DNA from: Bacilli bacterium
GTDB lineage: Bacteria; Bacillota_I; Bacilli_A; RFN20; CAG-826
DNA: 64,000 bases
Direction: 5' to 3'
Assembly: GCA_017651165.1 (NCBI GenBank)
Contig: JAGCDH010000003.1
Location: forward strand, 2,654 to 66,653
This document shows positions 48,911 to 59,288 of the stretch, piece after piece. Both the position numbers and the translations under genes were made by a program. Position 1 is the stretch's first letter. Each line of letters starts with the position of its first letter. A model generated the notes under the pieces. The model saw nothing but the letters and a program-made list of their open reading frames with translations. It did no database searches and was not told where the DNA came from.

Positions 48911-49462
48911 ATGATTTATTCACTAAAAGGCAAAGTTTTACTCACTGATGGCGATACTGTCGTGATTGATGTCCATGATGTCGGCTATCAAGTTTTAGTG
49001 AGCCATGTTAACGATTATGAAATCGGCCAAGAAGTATTTCTTTATACCTATAATGTGGTCAGAGAAGATGAACAATACCTTGTTGGATTTTCATCTTTAG
49101 ATGAAAAGAATGTATTTCTTGCTTTGATTAGAGTTAAAGGCCTTGGCCCAAGAACTGTCATTAATGCTTTAAGCGCAACCACCCCAAACGATGTGAAGAA
49201 CGCGATTGCTAGTAACAACGTTGTCTATTTAAAGAAGCTACCAGGCATTGGAGCGAAAGCGGCGAGCCAAATCATCCTTGATCTTAAAGGTGAACTCACT
49301 GGTACGAAAGGTGATCCAACTGTCTATGACGAAGTCTATGATGCTTTAAAAGAATTAGGCTTTAAAGGTGCGGCTATTGAAAGGGTGTTAGCCACCATTA
49401 ATGAAAAAGACGCTAAACCAGAAGATGTCTTGCGTTTAGCTTTAGCTAAATTAAGGAAATAA
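48911..49462 (+). CDS. ruvA: Holliday junction helicase subunit RuvA
   Basis: MIYSLKGKV start, HhH motifs [12 protein letters not shown]. Immediately upstream of ruvB. Confidence 0.9.
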   Translation: MIYSLKGKVLLTDGDTVVIDVHDVGYQVLVSHVNDYEIGQEVFLYTYNVVREDEQYLVGFSSLDEKNVFLALIRVKGLGPRTVINALSATTPNDVKNAIASNNVVYLKKLPGIGAKAASQIILDLKGELTGTKGDPTVYDEVYDALKELGFKGAAIERVLATINEKDAKPEDVLRLALAKLRK

Positions 49463-49464
49463 GT

Positions 49465-50475
49465 ATGTCCAGATTATTAGATGCTAATCGTAATCTAAGC
49501 GAATCGCAAGAAGAGTTATCTTTGCGCCCACAAACTCTGGATGAGTATGTCGGCCAAAAAGATTTAAAAGCCAACCTCAAAGTGTTTATTGGGGCGGCTT
49601 TACATCGTGATGAACCTCTTGACCATATTCTTTTATATGGCCCTCCAGGTTTAGGAAAAACCACATTAGCCTATATCATTGCTAATGAAATGCACGCTAA
49701 TATTCACTTTGTGAATGGTCCTGCTTTGGAAAAGCCAGGTGATTTAGGCGCCATCCTTTCTAATCTAAGTAAAGATGGTGGTGATATCGTCTTTATTGAT
49801 GAGATTCATCGTTTGCCAAGAATAGTGGAAGAAACGCTTTATAATGCGATGGAAGATTTTAAGTTTTCCGTCGTTATTAACCGCGATACATCCGCTCGTA
49901 CATTAACAATTGATTTACCGCCATTTACCCTGATTGGTGCAACCACTAGAGCGGGTAATCTTTCCGCGCCATTACGTTCTCGTTTCGGTATAACCGAAAA
50001 ACTGAACTTTTATGACGTTGATGAATGCGTCAAAATCGTGAAAAGAACCGCCAAAGTTTTTAACGCCACAATCGAAGATGCTGCAGCCTTGGAAATCGCG
50101 CGTCGTTCACGTGGCACACCACGTATTGCGAACCGTTTATTTAGAAGAGTTCGTGACTTTGCTAACTATGCTGGTAAGGACCACATCACCGTTAACGACG
50201 CTCTTCAAGCTTTAAAGGCTTTAAAAGTGGATGAACTCGGTTTAGATGATGTCGATATCCGTTACCTTAGAACAGTCATTGAAAGATTCAAAGGTGGACC
50301 AGTTGGTTTAGACACTTTAGCGAGTGCGATTGGTGAAGAAATCGATAACTTAGAAGATGTCTATGAGCCATATCTCCTTCAAATTGGGATGATTGATCGT
50401 ACCGCCCGCGGTAGAGTGGCGACAGACAAGGCTTATAAGCACCTTCAAATCGTCCATCAAGAAAAATTGTTTTAA
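49465..50475 (+). CDS. ruvB: Holliday junction helicase subunit RuvB
   Basis: [23 protein letters not shown] and the arginine finger region. Confidence 0.95.
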   Translation: MSRLLDANRNLSESQEELSLRPQTLDEYVGQKDLKANLKVFIGAALHRDEPLDHILLYGPPGLGKTTLAYIIANEMHANIHFVNGPALEKPGDLGAILSNLSKDGGDIVFIDEIHRLPRIVEETLYNAMEDFKFSVVINRDTSARTLTIDLPPFTLIGATTRAGNLSAPLRSRFGITEKLNFYDVDECVKIVKRTAKVFNATIEDAAALEIARRSRGTPRIANRLFRRVRDFANYAGKDHITVNDALQALKALKVDELGLDDVDIRYLRTVIERFKGGPVGLDTLASAIGEEIDNLEDVYEPYLLQIGMIDRTARGRVATDKAYKHLQIVHQEKLF

Positions 50476-50504
50476 CAATTTTGTTTTTCATAGAGATTTA
50501 ATTG

Positions 50505-50530
50505 AACAAGACGCGTCTTGTTCTTTTTAT
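50505..50530 (+). terminator. Rho-independent terminator after ruvB
   Basis: GAACAAGACG-CGTCTTGTTC followed by TTTTT. An AT hairpin AAAATTGTT/AACAATTTT precedes it. Confidence 0.6.
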
Positions 50531-50638
50531 TTATAAACTATCAACATAAATGTGTTGAATTACATAAGTAATTAAGGTATATTATTCATTGATGTCGCTT
50601 TATGCGAATGCATGTACACGTAACATGGAGGATAGAAT

Positions 50639-53323
50639 ATGCGTAGATTATGGTCACACATTATCTTAGCGGCTACTTCGCTACTCATGGTGGGAGTCTC
50701 CTTTGCCGCCGTCGTCAAAAAAACAAGTAATAATACCAATATCGAATTCACTTCTGGTCGTGAATACGTTTTCCGTATCAACGCCAAAGACGATGATAAG
50801 AACATCGATAAAGATTATGAATTCACTAATGACGAAGCGGTGAAAGAAATTGCCGGTATCATGGAAGATAGATTACAAACCGCTGATATTACTCGCTACA
50901 AAATTGAAACACAAGGACTCGATACTTTAAAAGTTACTTTCCAAACTGAAGAAGAACAATATGAACTAATTAAGAGTTATTTAACATTTGACGCTACTTT
51001 AGCGCTCTCTAACTCAGAAGACACCGTAGCGTATGCCGAAGAATTCTTAAACCCAAATAAAAAGGCATATTTAGAAAGAACTAATGGTTATCCAGCCATT
51101 GTTATTCCAATCGATTCTGAAAACGAAAAGTTCAAAGCCGTCTATGAAGGCGCTCAACAATTAGTCAAAGATGGCAAAGGTGAAGTCGTCCCAGAACACG
51201 ATCATGAAGAAGGCGAAGAGCACGACGAAGAAGAGGAAGGAACCAAAGCATATTTATACCTTTGGTATAACTACGTTCCAGAATACTATTCATACGACGA
51301 ATATAAAAAAGATAATAGCACCATTAAAGATAAGGTTTTAATGACTTTTGATTCCGATGAGTGCTTTGCTGATAAAGACCATACCGCATTAAGAGCCTTC
51401 GTTAATCCAACCAATAGCGATGGCGAAACCGTGACCGCGGACGGCTTAAGAAAAGCCTATCGTAGCGCGGAATACTTCGTTAACTTGCTTAACGCTGGTG
51501 AATTAAGCTATTACGTGACATATTTATTTGACACCAAAGCTTCTAACGCTTGGGTCGAAGACCTCGTGAAACTTGGTGACGATAGAGAATCTATCGCTTG
51601 GAGCAGAACATTCATTGCGACATTATGCGCAGTGGTGGTTGTCTCCTTACTCCTCGTTTATTTCTATCGTTTAGGTGCCTTAAGCATTATTACTGCTTCT
51701 GTTGCTAGTACATTCTTTGGCTTAATGTTCATTGCCGTCTTTGGCGCTCAATTCAACGTCGCCGCGATCGTCGGTATCGTTGCTTTAGCCATGACCAGCA
51801 TTACATCCGGCATTATTTACTTAAATAAATTTAAAGAAGAATGCTACCGTGGCCGTTCTTTAAAGAAAGCCAATACCGAAGCTGGTAAACGTGCTTTACT
51901 TCCAACCATCGACTTACATGTCGTTTTAATCGCCATTGGCGTGGCCGCCTATTTATTCGGTGGTGCGATCATGAAAGCGTTTGCGTTATCCGCAGTTTTA
52001 GGTGGTTTAATCTCCTTAGTCATCAACCTTGCGGGTTTACGTGGCTTAATGTGGCTCGTCACAAATGAACAAAAATTAGCCGGTCGTTATGACTTATTCG
52101 ATATTTCTAAAGATCAAGTGCCAAACGCTCTTGAAGAAGAAAAACAAAAATACTTTGGTCCAAATGCGGACAAAGATTACACCAAGAAAAAGAAACCAAT
52201 TGGCTTCCTTGCCTTAATCTTATTTGTGGCTTCAATCGCTGGTATGATTACCTTTGGTGCGGTGAATAAAGGTGCGGTTTATGGCACCACCAATCCAAAT
52301 GGTAATGCGCAAGTCTATATTACATATAGTTCTGCGACTGAAGACAACTACGAACTCACACAAACAACCAAGAGAATTGAAGAAATGTTAAGCAAAGCTT
52401 CACTCTCCAATAAGAAGTTAGAAGACATCGTCACTCTTGAACGTATCAATGATAATAACTATGTCTCCATTACCGAAAAGACCGCGAGTGGTGTGACTAC
52501 TGTCTATTATGCTTACTATCGTCTTGACTTTGATCGCGTTTTAAACGGCAATGAAATGATCAAATATGAAAACGTTGCTGATGAAATCGCTGTCAGTGAA
52601 TTCTTCAAGATTGAAAACTTAAATAGTACATCATCTGCTAACTTAGGTTTCAAAGATGGAACAGAAATCTCCCTTAAGAATAGCGTCAGAACAAGTGCTG
52701 ACCAACCAAAGGTCACTTCCTTAATCTTAGCGAGTGCCATTGGTACAGTGATTGCTGCTTTCTATCTCTTGCTCCGTTACCGCTTATCCCGTGGTTTAGC
52801 AAGCTTAGTGATTACCGTCTTAACCGTTGGTATCAGCGCTGGTATCTTCTCCTTCTTAAGATTCTTACCAGTGACATCCTATATTAGCGTTGCTCTTCCA
52901 TTTATCGCTTTATTCAGCTTGGCGATTGGTATTCTTTATATCAATAAAGAAAGAGAAATGGTTTTAGAAGATAGAACAAGAGACAATTCTCTTGAAAATA
53001 GAAACGAAATCATGAAGAAAGCCGTCGCGCTTTCCTCCACACCAATGACCATTGCCTTCATTATGGCTTTATACCTCGGTGTGAACTTCTTCGGCTTTAT
53101 GCCAAGTGCGGTTTCCTGGATCTTCTTACTCGTGATCTTAGGTGTTGCGATTGCCATCGCTCTTGCGTTAACAATCCTTGGCCCATGCGCACAATTATTC
53201 TTCAAGTTGTTCTCTGGTGTGAAAATTGCCAGACCGCAAAAGAAGAAAAAGAAAGTGCGTCAAGTTCGCGTCAACAAGTCTGCAGAACCAGAAGAAGCAA
53301 TCTTTATTGGCATCAACGATTAG
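50639..53323 (+). CDS. secDF: Fused protein translocase subunit SecDF with an enlarged extracytoplasmic domain
   Basis: 894 aa. N-terminal TM, then a periplasmic region of about 300 aa, 6 TM helices (SecD), a second loop and 6 TM helices (SecF). Confidence 0.8.
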   Translation: MRRLWSHIILAATSLLMVGVSFAAVVKKTSNNTNIEFTSGREYVFRINAKDDDKNIDKDYEFTNDEAVKEIAGIMEDRLQTADITRYKIETQGLDTLKVTFQTEEEQYELIKSYLTFDATLALSNSEDTVAYAEEFLNPNKKAYLERTNGYPAIVIPIDSENEKFKAVYEGAQQLVKDGKGEVVPEHDHEEGEEHDEEEEGTKAYLYLWYNYVPEYYSYDEYKKDNSTIKDKVLMTFDSDECFADKDHTALRAFVNPTNSDGETVTADGLRKAYRSAEYFVNLLNAGELSYYVTYLFDTKASNAWVEDLVKLGDDRESIAWSRTFIATLCAVVVVSLLLVYFYRLGALSIITASVASTFFGLMFIAVFGAQFNVAAIVGIVALAMTSITSGIIYLNKFKEECYRGRSLKKANTEAGKRALLPTIDLHVVLIAIGVAAYLFGGAIMKAFALSAVLGGLISLVINLAGLRGLMWLVTNEQKLAGRYDLFDISKDQVPNALEEEKQKYFGPNADKDYTKKKKPIGFLALILFVASIAGMITFGAVNKGAVYGTTNPNGNAQVYITYSSATEDNYELTQTTKRIEEMLSKASLSNKKLEDIVTLERINDNNYVSITEKTASGVTTVYYAYYRLDFDRVLNGNEMIKYENVADEIAVSEFFKIENLNSTSSANLGFKDGTEISLKNSVRTSADQPKVTSLILASAIGTVIAAFYLLLRYRLSRGLASLVITVLTVGISAGIFSFLRFLPVTSYISVALPFIALFSLAIGILYINKEREMVLEDRTRDNSLENRNEIMKKAVALSSTPMTIAFIMALYLGVNFFGFMPSAVSWIFLLVILGVAIAIALALTILGPCAQLFFKLFSGVKIARPQKKKKKVRQVRVNKSAEPEEAIFIGIND

Positions 53324-53366
53324 TTTATTAAGGCTGCTTTAATTAGCGGCCTTTATTTTATAAAGT

Positions 53367-54929
53367 ATGGAAAGTTTATTTAAGCGTTTACTAAAGTTTT
53401 ATCAAATTAACGAAGATGATTATCGTCTTTTAACGATGGACGTTAATGAAGATAATTTTGCTTTAGGCCATACCTTTAATTCGATGGAACAATGCGTCCA
53501 AATAGTTAAAGACGCAGTGAGACAAAATAAGAAGATATTTATCTATGGTGACTATGACGCTGATGGCATCATGTCTGTCTCAATCTTAGTGAAGATGTTT
53601 CAGATGATTAACTATTCTGTCTCATACCATATCCCTAACCGCTATACAGATGGTTATGGCTTAACCTTAAAACGCGCAGAAGAAATCGTTGATAATGGCT
53701 TTGATTTGCTCATTACTGTCGATAATGGTATTACCGCGTTTGAAGGCATTGATTACGCAAGAAACCATGGTTTAGATGTCTTAGTCTTTGATCATCATCA
53801 ACCAAGCGAAACATTACCTAACGCTAATGCGATTTTACATCCTGAAGTATCTCAATTTGGTGATATTGCCACCAGTGCGGGTTTTGTGACGTTTATGTTC
53901 GCTAAAAGCTATCTTGGTTACTTCGATTATTACCTTGCTACTTTAGCGTCAATTTCATTGGTCTCTGATATGATGCCATTTTTGGCCTATAACCGTAACT
54001 TATTAAGACTGATTATTAAAGAATATGAAAATCATCCAGTTTTAGCGATTGACCTATTAAAAGAAAAAGAACCATTTAATGAAATGACCATTGGCATGAG
54101 AATTGCCCCAAAAATCAACGCTATTGGACGATTGATTGACGAGGATACCCATTTATCAAGAACCGTTGAATTCTTTGTGAGCAAGGATGAAAAGTTGCTT
54201 TTAAACTACAACGAATGGATTAATGCCGTTAACGATGAAAGAAAAGAACTAACCAAAGAAGCGGTGGAGAACAGTAAAGAAATCGATACTAACGCTCCTG
54301 CTATTATTGGAGTTATTGCCCAAAAAGAAGGTATCATCGGTTTAATCGCTAATAATTTTGTTAAAAAGTATCATAAACCAACGATTATTTTCGCCCTTGA
54401 TCAAAGTGGTGATATTTATAAAGGCTCCTGCCGTTCACCTGAAGGTTTCAACGTTGTTGATTCATTCGCTAAATTGTCTCACTTATTAGAAGCTTTTGGT
54501 GGTCACGCTATGGCAGGCGGTTGTTCTGTTAAGAAAGAAAACCTTGAAGCATTTAAAGAAGGCTTCATTAATCTAGCTAAAGACTTTAAATCTTCTAAAG
54601 AAGAAGAGAATGCGATCACTTTATATATCAATGAAGTTAATTTTGAAAATTTGGCCTTAATCAATTCATTTTCACCATTTGGTGAATGCTGGCCATCCCC
54701 TCTTTTCGTTTTACCGCGCATTAGAGTGGCTTCCTTAATGTATTCCAGAGATGGACAACATGTTTTAACGAGTATTGGCAATAATTCTCGTCTCACTGGC
54801 TTTTATTTATCTAAAGAATATTTATCACAATATCAATATATTGATATGATTGGTACACTTCGTCTATCAACATACTATGGCAAAAGCAATGTCGAGTTCT
54901 TGATTCACGAAATTAATGAAACCAAATAA
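53367..54929 (+). CDS. recJ: Single-stranded-DNA-specific exonuclease RecJ (short form)
   Basis: DHH motifs (IFIYGDYDADGIMS, LLITVDNG, VFDHHQ) and DHHA1 (GGHAMAGG). 520 aa with no C-terminal OB extension. Confidence 0.8.
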   Translation: MESLFKRLLKFYQINEDDYRLLTMDVNEDNFALGHTFNSMEQCVQIVKDAVRQNKKIFIYGDYDADGIMSVSILVKMFQMINYSVSYHIPNRYTDGYGLTLKRAEEIVDNGFDLLITVDNGITAFEGIDYARNHGLDVLVFDHHQPSETLPNANAILHPEVSQFGDIATSAGFVTFMFAKSYLGYFDYYLATLASISLVSDMMPFLAYNRNLLRLIIKEYENHPVLAIDLLKEKEPFNEMTIGMRIAPKINAIGRLIDEDTHLSRTVEFFVSKDEKLLLNYNEWINAVNDERKELTKEAVENSKEIDTNAPAIIGVIAQKEGIIGLIANNFVKKYHKPTIIFALDQSGDIYKGSCRSPEGFNVVDSFAKLSHLLEAFGGHAMAGGCSVKKENLEAFKEGFINLAKDFKSSKEEENAITLYINEVNFENLALINSFSPFGECWPSPLFVLPRIRVASLMYSRDGQHVLTSIGNNSRLTGFYLSKEYLSQYQYIDMIGTLRLSTYYGKSNVEFLIHEINETK

Positions 54930-54950
54930 TAAATGTGTCATACTGATTTT

Positions 54951-55604
54951 ATGAAAAAATCACTTTTGCTATTTGTTCCTTTGATAGTTTGTTTTGCTTC
55001 ATGTAGCAAAGTGACTTTTGGTTACACTAACGAACAACATAGTGCGGGTTTTGAGAACACAACTTCGAAAAAGGCAAACGCTACTTCATATACTTATTTC
55101 CCTGGTGATGTCTTTAACACTAATGACTCAAATGCTGCTCACATCACTTTTGATAGCGCGAATTCTGGCTCCAATATGGCTAAAGAAAACATTAACGCTA
55201 TCGTCAACTGCGATGTTCCAGATTTCTTTAACGAAGTGAGTGATGCTTCTTGGGTGGGGGTCAAGAAAGATACCGATTTATTCATTGGGACTGATTCATC
55301 ATATGTCGATGGTTATCTCACCCTTTCCTTTACTAGCGTGATTAAATATGTCTCAATTTATGCTTGTCCATATTACACTGGTGAAATTATCGGTTTTACC
55401 GATAAAGTGGAACACGATGAAAACGTTGGTGTTGCAGTTAATAACTCATCCTATATCAAGCTTTCTTATATTTATAACGAAGATAGTCAAACCGTTAATA
55501 AACGTGAATGCCGTTATGACGTCAGTGGGGCTAATGCCACTGAAATCACGATTAAAGTCGGCCCTCAAAGAGCGTTAATCAGTGAAATAATCCTTTACTA
55601 TTAA
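54951..55604 (+). CDS. Hypothetical lipoprotein
   Basis: MKKSLLLFVPLIVCFASCSK lipobox, Asn/Ser/Thr-rich. The track ORF starts at 54933. Confidence 0.45.
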   Translation: MKKSLLLFVPLIVCFASCSKVTFGYTNEQHSAGFENTTSKKANATSYTYFPGDVFNTNDSNAAHITFDSANSGSNMAKENINAIVNCDVPDFFNEVSDASWVGVKKDTDLFIGTDSSYVDGYLTLSFTSVIKYVSIYACPYYTGEIIGFTDKVEHDENVGVAVNNSSYIKLSYIYNEDSQTVNKRECRYDVSGANATEITIKVGPQRALISEIILYY

Positions 55605-55670
55605 TTAAAGTAGTGTTTTTGTTGTTTTATAAACAAAATGTGCTACTATCTTTAACAATAAAGGTGTTTT

Positions 55671-57440
55671 ATGTTGCTCGGGAAGTATATCAATAAATAC
55701 TATAAAAAATACGCAATCCTGTTCATTCTGGGCATTTTAGCTTTGCTTGCTGTGGACTGGATTCAACTATATATTCCTGAATACCTCGGCAAAGCCGTGA
55801 CTATTTTAGATACACCTGGAAGTGATAAAAACGAGATTATTAAATTAGGCCTGATGGTCCTGCTTGTGACCGCAGGAATGTTCGTTGGTAGGTTCCTCTG
55901 GCGCATCACCTTATTTAACGCCGCTTTTAGAATTGAATCTGATATCCGCCACGAGATGTTTTTAAAAGCCGAGGCTCTACCTCGTGAGTTTTATCACGAG
56001 AATAAAGTCGGTAGCATCATGTCGTGGTTCACTAACGATCTTGAGACAATTTCCGAATATTTCTCATGGGGCACGATTATGCTCATTGACTCGATGTTCT
56101 TATCAGGCATTACCATCTTTAAGATGGTACGATTGAATTGGAAGATGTCTTTAATCTGTTTCATCCCATTTATCCTTGTGATTATTTGGGGTGCGATGAC
56201 TGAAAGATTCATGATGAAGCGCTGGAGTGAAAGACAAAGCGCTTATGATAAGTTATATGACTTCGCACAAGAGAACTTCACTGGTATTCGCGTCATTAAA
56301 GCGTTTGTGAAAGAGACAAAAGAAATCCACGCCTTTGCGAAAGTGGCAAGAAAGAACGCTGATGTCAATGTCTCGTTTGCCCGTTTGTCAGTCATCTTTG
56401 ATGTCTTTATTGAAATTATCATCGCTTTGATATTTACCTTCGCGATGGCTTTTGGTGGTCATTTCGTCTTAATGATTACTGACACTGAAAGAAGAATGAT
56501 GGAAGCCGGTAACCTTGCCGAGTTTATTGGTTACCTTGATATTTTAATCTGGCCAATGATTGCCTTAGGCCAAATTGTCTCAATGCGTTCAAGAAGCAAA
56601 GCTTCTTTGAAAAGAATTACCGCTTTCCTTGATACAGAAATAGTGGTCAAATCACCAGAAAACGCTGTTAAGTTAGAAAATGTTAAAGGCGATATCACTT
56701 ATCGCCATTTCTCCTTCAATTATCCAAACTATGATGCGACTTCTTTAAAAAATATCAATTTAGAGATCAAAGCCGGTCAATCTATTGGTGTGGTTGGTAA
56801 GATTGGATGTGGTAAAACCACATTAGTTAACGTTTTATTAATGCTTTATAACCTTGAGCCAGATACTTTGTTCATTGATGGCTTAGATATTACAACTTTA
56901 GATATCGCTAGCTTAAGAAGCCAAATTGCCTACGTACCACAGGATAACTTCCTTTTCTCTGATACCATTGAGAACAATATTAACTTTGGATTAACTGATG
57001 GCACATTAGAAAAGGCCAAAGAGGGCGCTACATTTGCTGGCATCGACGAAGATATTGAAGGCTTCGCTAACGGTTATCAAACAGTCTCAGGAGAAAGAGG
57101 TGTAACCCTTTCTGGTGGGCAAAAACAAAGAGTCTCAATTGCGCGTGCTTATGTGAAAGACGCTCCAATCCTGATTTTGGACGATTCTGTAAGTGCGGTT
57201 GATACAAAAACTGAGGAAACCATTCTTCATAATATTGCCAATGCGAGAAAAGGTAAAACAACCATTGTTGTCGCATCTCGTATTTCCACAATCGTTCATT
57301 TAGACAAAATCGTTGTTTTAAACGATGGTCAAGTCGAAGCTTTTGATACGCATGAAAACCTCATGAAAACGTCATCAACATATCAGAAGATGGTTAAACT
57401 ACAAGAGTTAGAAGAAGAAGTGGAAGGAGGTAGCAAATAA
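55671..57440 (+). CDS. ABC exporter, fused permease and ATPase (MdlA-like half-transporter)
   Basis: 6 TM helices then an NBD with GKIGCGKTT Walker A, LSGGQKQRVSIAR signature and ILILDD Walker B. Confidence 0.85.
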   Translation: MLLGKYINKYYKKYAILFILGILALLAVDWIQLYIPEYLGKAVTILDTPGSDKNEIIKLGLMVLLVTAGMFVGRFLWRITLFNAAFRIESDIRHEMFLKAEALPREFYHENKVGSIMSWFTNDLETISEYFSWGTIMLIDSMFLSGITIFKMVRLNWKMSLICFIPFILVIIWGAMTERFMMKRWSERQSAYDKLYDFAQENFTGIRVIKAFVKETKEIHAFAKVARKNADVNVSFARLSVIFDVFIEIIIALIFTFAMAFGGHFVLMITDTERRMMEAGNLAEFIGYLDILIWPMIALGQIVSMRSRSKASLKRITAFLDTEIVVKSPENAVKLENVKGDITYRHFSFNYPNYDATSLKNINLEIKAGQSIGVVGKIGCGKTTLVNVLLMLYNLEPDTLFIDGLDITTLDIASLRSQIAYVPQDNFLFSDTIENNINFGLTDGTLEKAKEGATFAGIDEDIEGFANGYQTVSGERGVTLSGGQKQRVSIARAYVKDAPILILDDSVSAVDTKTEETILHNIANARKGKTTIVVASRISTIVHLDKIVVLNDGQVEAFDTHENLMKTSSTYQKMVKLQELEEEVEGGSK

Positions 57441-59215
57441 TGTCAGAAGACAATGAAAAGCTTTTTGGCGATAAAAAGATTCCTTCCCGCATCATGATTA
57501 AACGTTTGTGGCGCTATATTGGTCCAGAATGGAAATCATTTGCATTGGCGCTACTACTCATTTTAATCAATGTTGGTTTCGATGTGATCTTGCCATTATT
57601 TTTCAGGAATTTTACTAACGTTTTAGCAGACACTTTAAAAGACAATAGTGTTCTTCTTTCCTATGTCATCGGTTTATCAATTGGCTACTTCTCATTATCG
57701 TTTGTCTCACAAATCATGATCTACTTTGAAGGTATGATTTTGCAAAAAGCCGGACAAAGGATTGTTTATAAATTAAGAATGGAAGTTTTTGAGCACATCG
57801 AGAACATGTCGCAAAACCAATTCACGATTATGCCAGTCGGATCTTTGGTCACTAGAGTGGCTAATTATACGACCGCAATGAGTGACTTATTTACCAATGT
57901 AGTTGTCACTTTACTGCGTAATATCCTGACAATTATCGGTGTCTATGGCATCATGTTCTATTTGTCTTGGAAACTATCGCTCATCTTAACAGGTTTTGTA
58001 GTGGTGGTTTTCGTTGTCTCATTTATCTTTAGAAAAGTCATTACTAAAATCTTCCGCAAAGAGAGACAATACACTTCTGATTTGAACACTCTTTTAAACG
58101 AAGACCTTTCTGGTATGAAGGTCATTCAAATCTTCAATCAAGAAGAACGTAAAGAAAAAGAATTTAACGTTAAGAACAATCTTTTAAGAAAGACAAAATT
58201 CCAAGCATTGATGGCATTTGCCTTATATCGTCCTTTCATTAACTTCTTACATTATTCCGCTTTAGCAGTGACCTTTATCGTTGGCATTAAACTTGATTTA
58301 AGAGCGGGTGAAATCGTTGCCTTCTATATGTATATCTCAAGATTCTTTAATCCAGTTCAAAACATCGCCGATCAGCTTAATCACATCCAAAAAGCAGCGA
58401 CATCGAGCGAAAGATTATTTAACCTTCTTGACGTACAACCTGAAGTCTTAGATAAACCTGATGCCGTGCATATTGATAATTTCATCGGTAAGATTGAATT
58501 CCGTCATGTTTGGTTTGCTTATGAAAAAGAAGATTGGATTTTAAAAGATGTCTCTTTTGTGATTGAACCAAAACAAACAGTCGCATTTGTGGGCGCAACT
58601 GGAGCGGGCAAAACCACAATCTTGTCTTTGATCGTTAGAAACTACGAGATTCAAAAAGGACAAATTCTCATCGATGATATTGATATCGCTGATATCGAGA
58701 TTCAGTCTTTGAGAAAAGCGGTTGGGCAAATGCTCCAAGATGTTTTCTTATTCACTGGAACAGTGAGAAGCAACATTACGCTTCACGATGAAGAGTTCAG
58801 TGATGAGGAGATTAATAACGTCTGTTCCTATGTCAATGCTGATAAGTTTATAAATAAATTAGAAAAAGGATTAGACGAAGAAGTCATTGAAAGAGGCGAA
58901 AACTTCTCACAAGGTCAACGCCAACTCCTTTCCTTTGCTCGAACCGTCTTACACAAACCACAAATCCTCATATTAGATGAGGCAACCGCTAATATTGATA
59001 CTGAAACAGAAAAGCTTATCCAAGAAAGCTTAGAAAAGATGAAGAGTATTGGCACAATGCTTGTTGTGGCCCACAGACTATCAACAATACAAAAAGCCGA
59101 TCAGATCATTGTTTTAAATCATGGTGAAGTCATAGAAAAAGGCACTCACCAGTCACTTTTGAGACAAAAAGGTTACTACTACAAACTATATCTTTTACAA
59201 TTCCATAACGACTAG
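57440..59215 (+). CDS. ABC exporter, fused permease and ATPase (MdlB-like half-transporter, heterodimer partner)
   Basis: Start overlaps the upstream stop. GATGAGKTT, FSQGQRQLLSFAR, ILILDE. Confidence 0.85.
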   Translation: MSEDNEKLFGDKKIPSRIMIKRLWRYIGPEWKSFALALLLILINVGFDVILPLFFRNFTNVLADTLKDNSVLLSYVIGLSIGYFSLSFVSQIMIYFEGMILQKAGQRIVYKLRMEVFEHIENMSQNQFTIMPVGSLVTRVANYTTAMSDLFTNVVVTLLRNILTIIGVYGIMFYLSWKLSLILTGFVVVVFVVSFIFRKVITKIFRKERQYTSDLNTLLNEDLSGMKVIQIFNQEERKEKEFNVKNNLLRKTKFQALMAFALYRPFINFLHYSALAVTFIVGIKLDLRAGEIVAFYMYISRFFNPVQNIADQLNHIQKAATSSERLFNLLDVQPEVLDKPDAVHIDNFIGKIEFRHVWFAYEKEDWILKDVSFVIEPKQTVAFVGATGAGKTTILSLIVRNYEIQKGQILIDDIDIADIEIQSLRKAVGQMLQDVFLFTGTVRSNITLHDEEFSDEEINNVCSYVNADKFINKLEKGLDEEVIERGENFSQGQRQLLSFARTVLHKPQILILDEATANIDTETEKLIQESLEKMKSIGTMLVVAHRLSTIQKADQIIVLNHGEVIEKGTHQSLLRQKGYYYKLYLLQFHND

Positions 59216-59288
59216 TTTTTATCACATTTATTAATAAACTATCTTTATTTTCTTTTGAAAATTAAGAAAATGTCTTAAGATATAAGAT

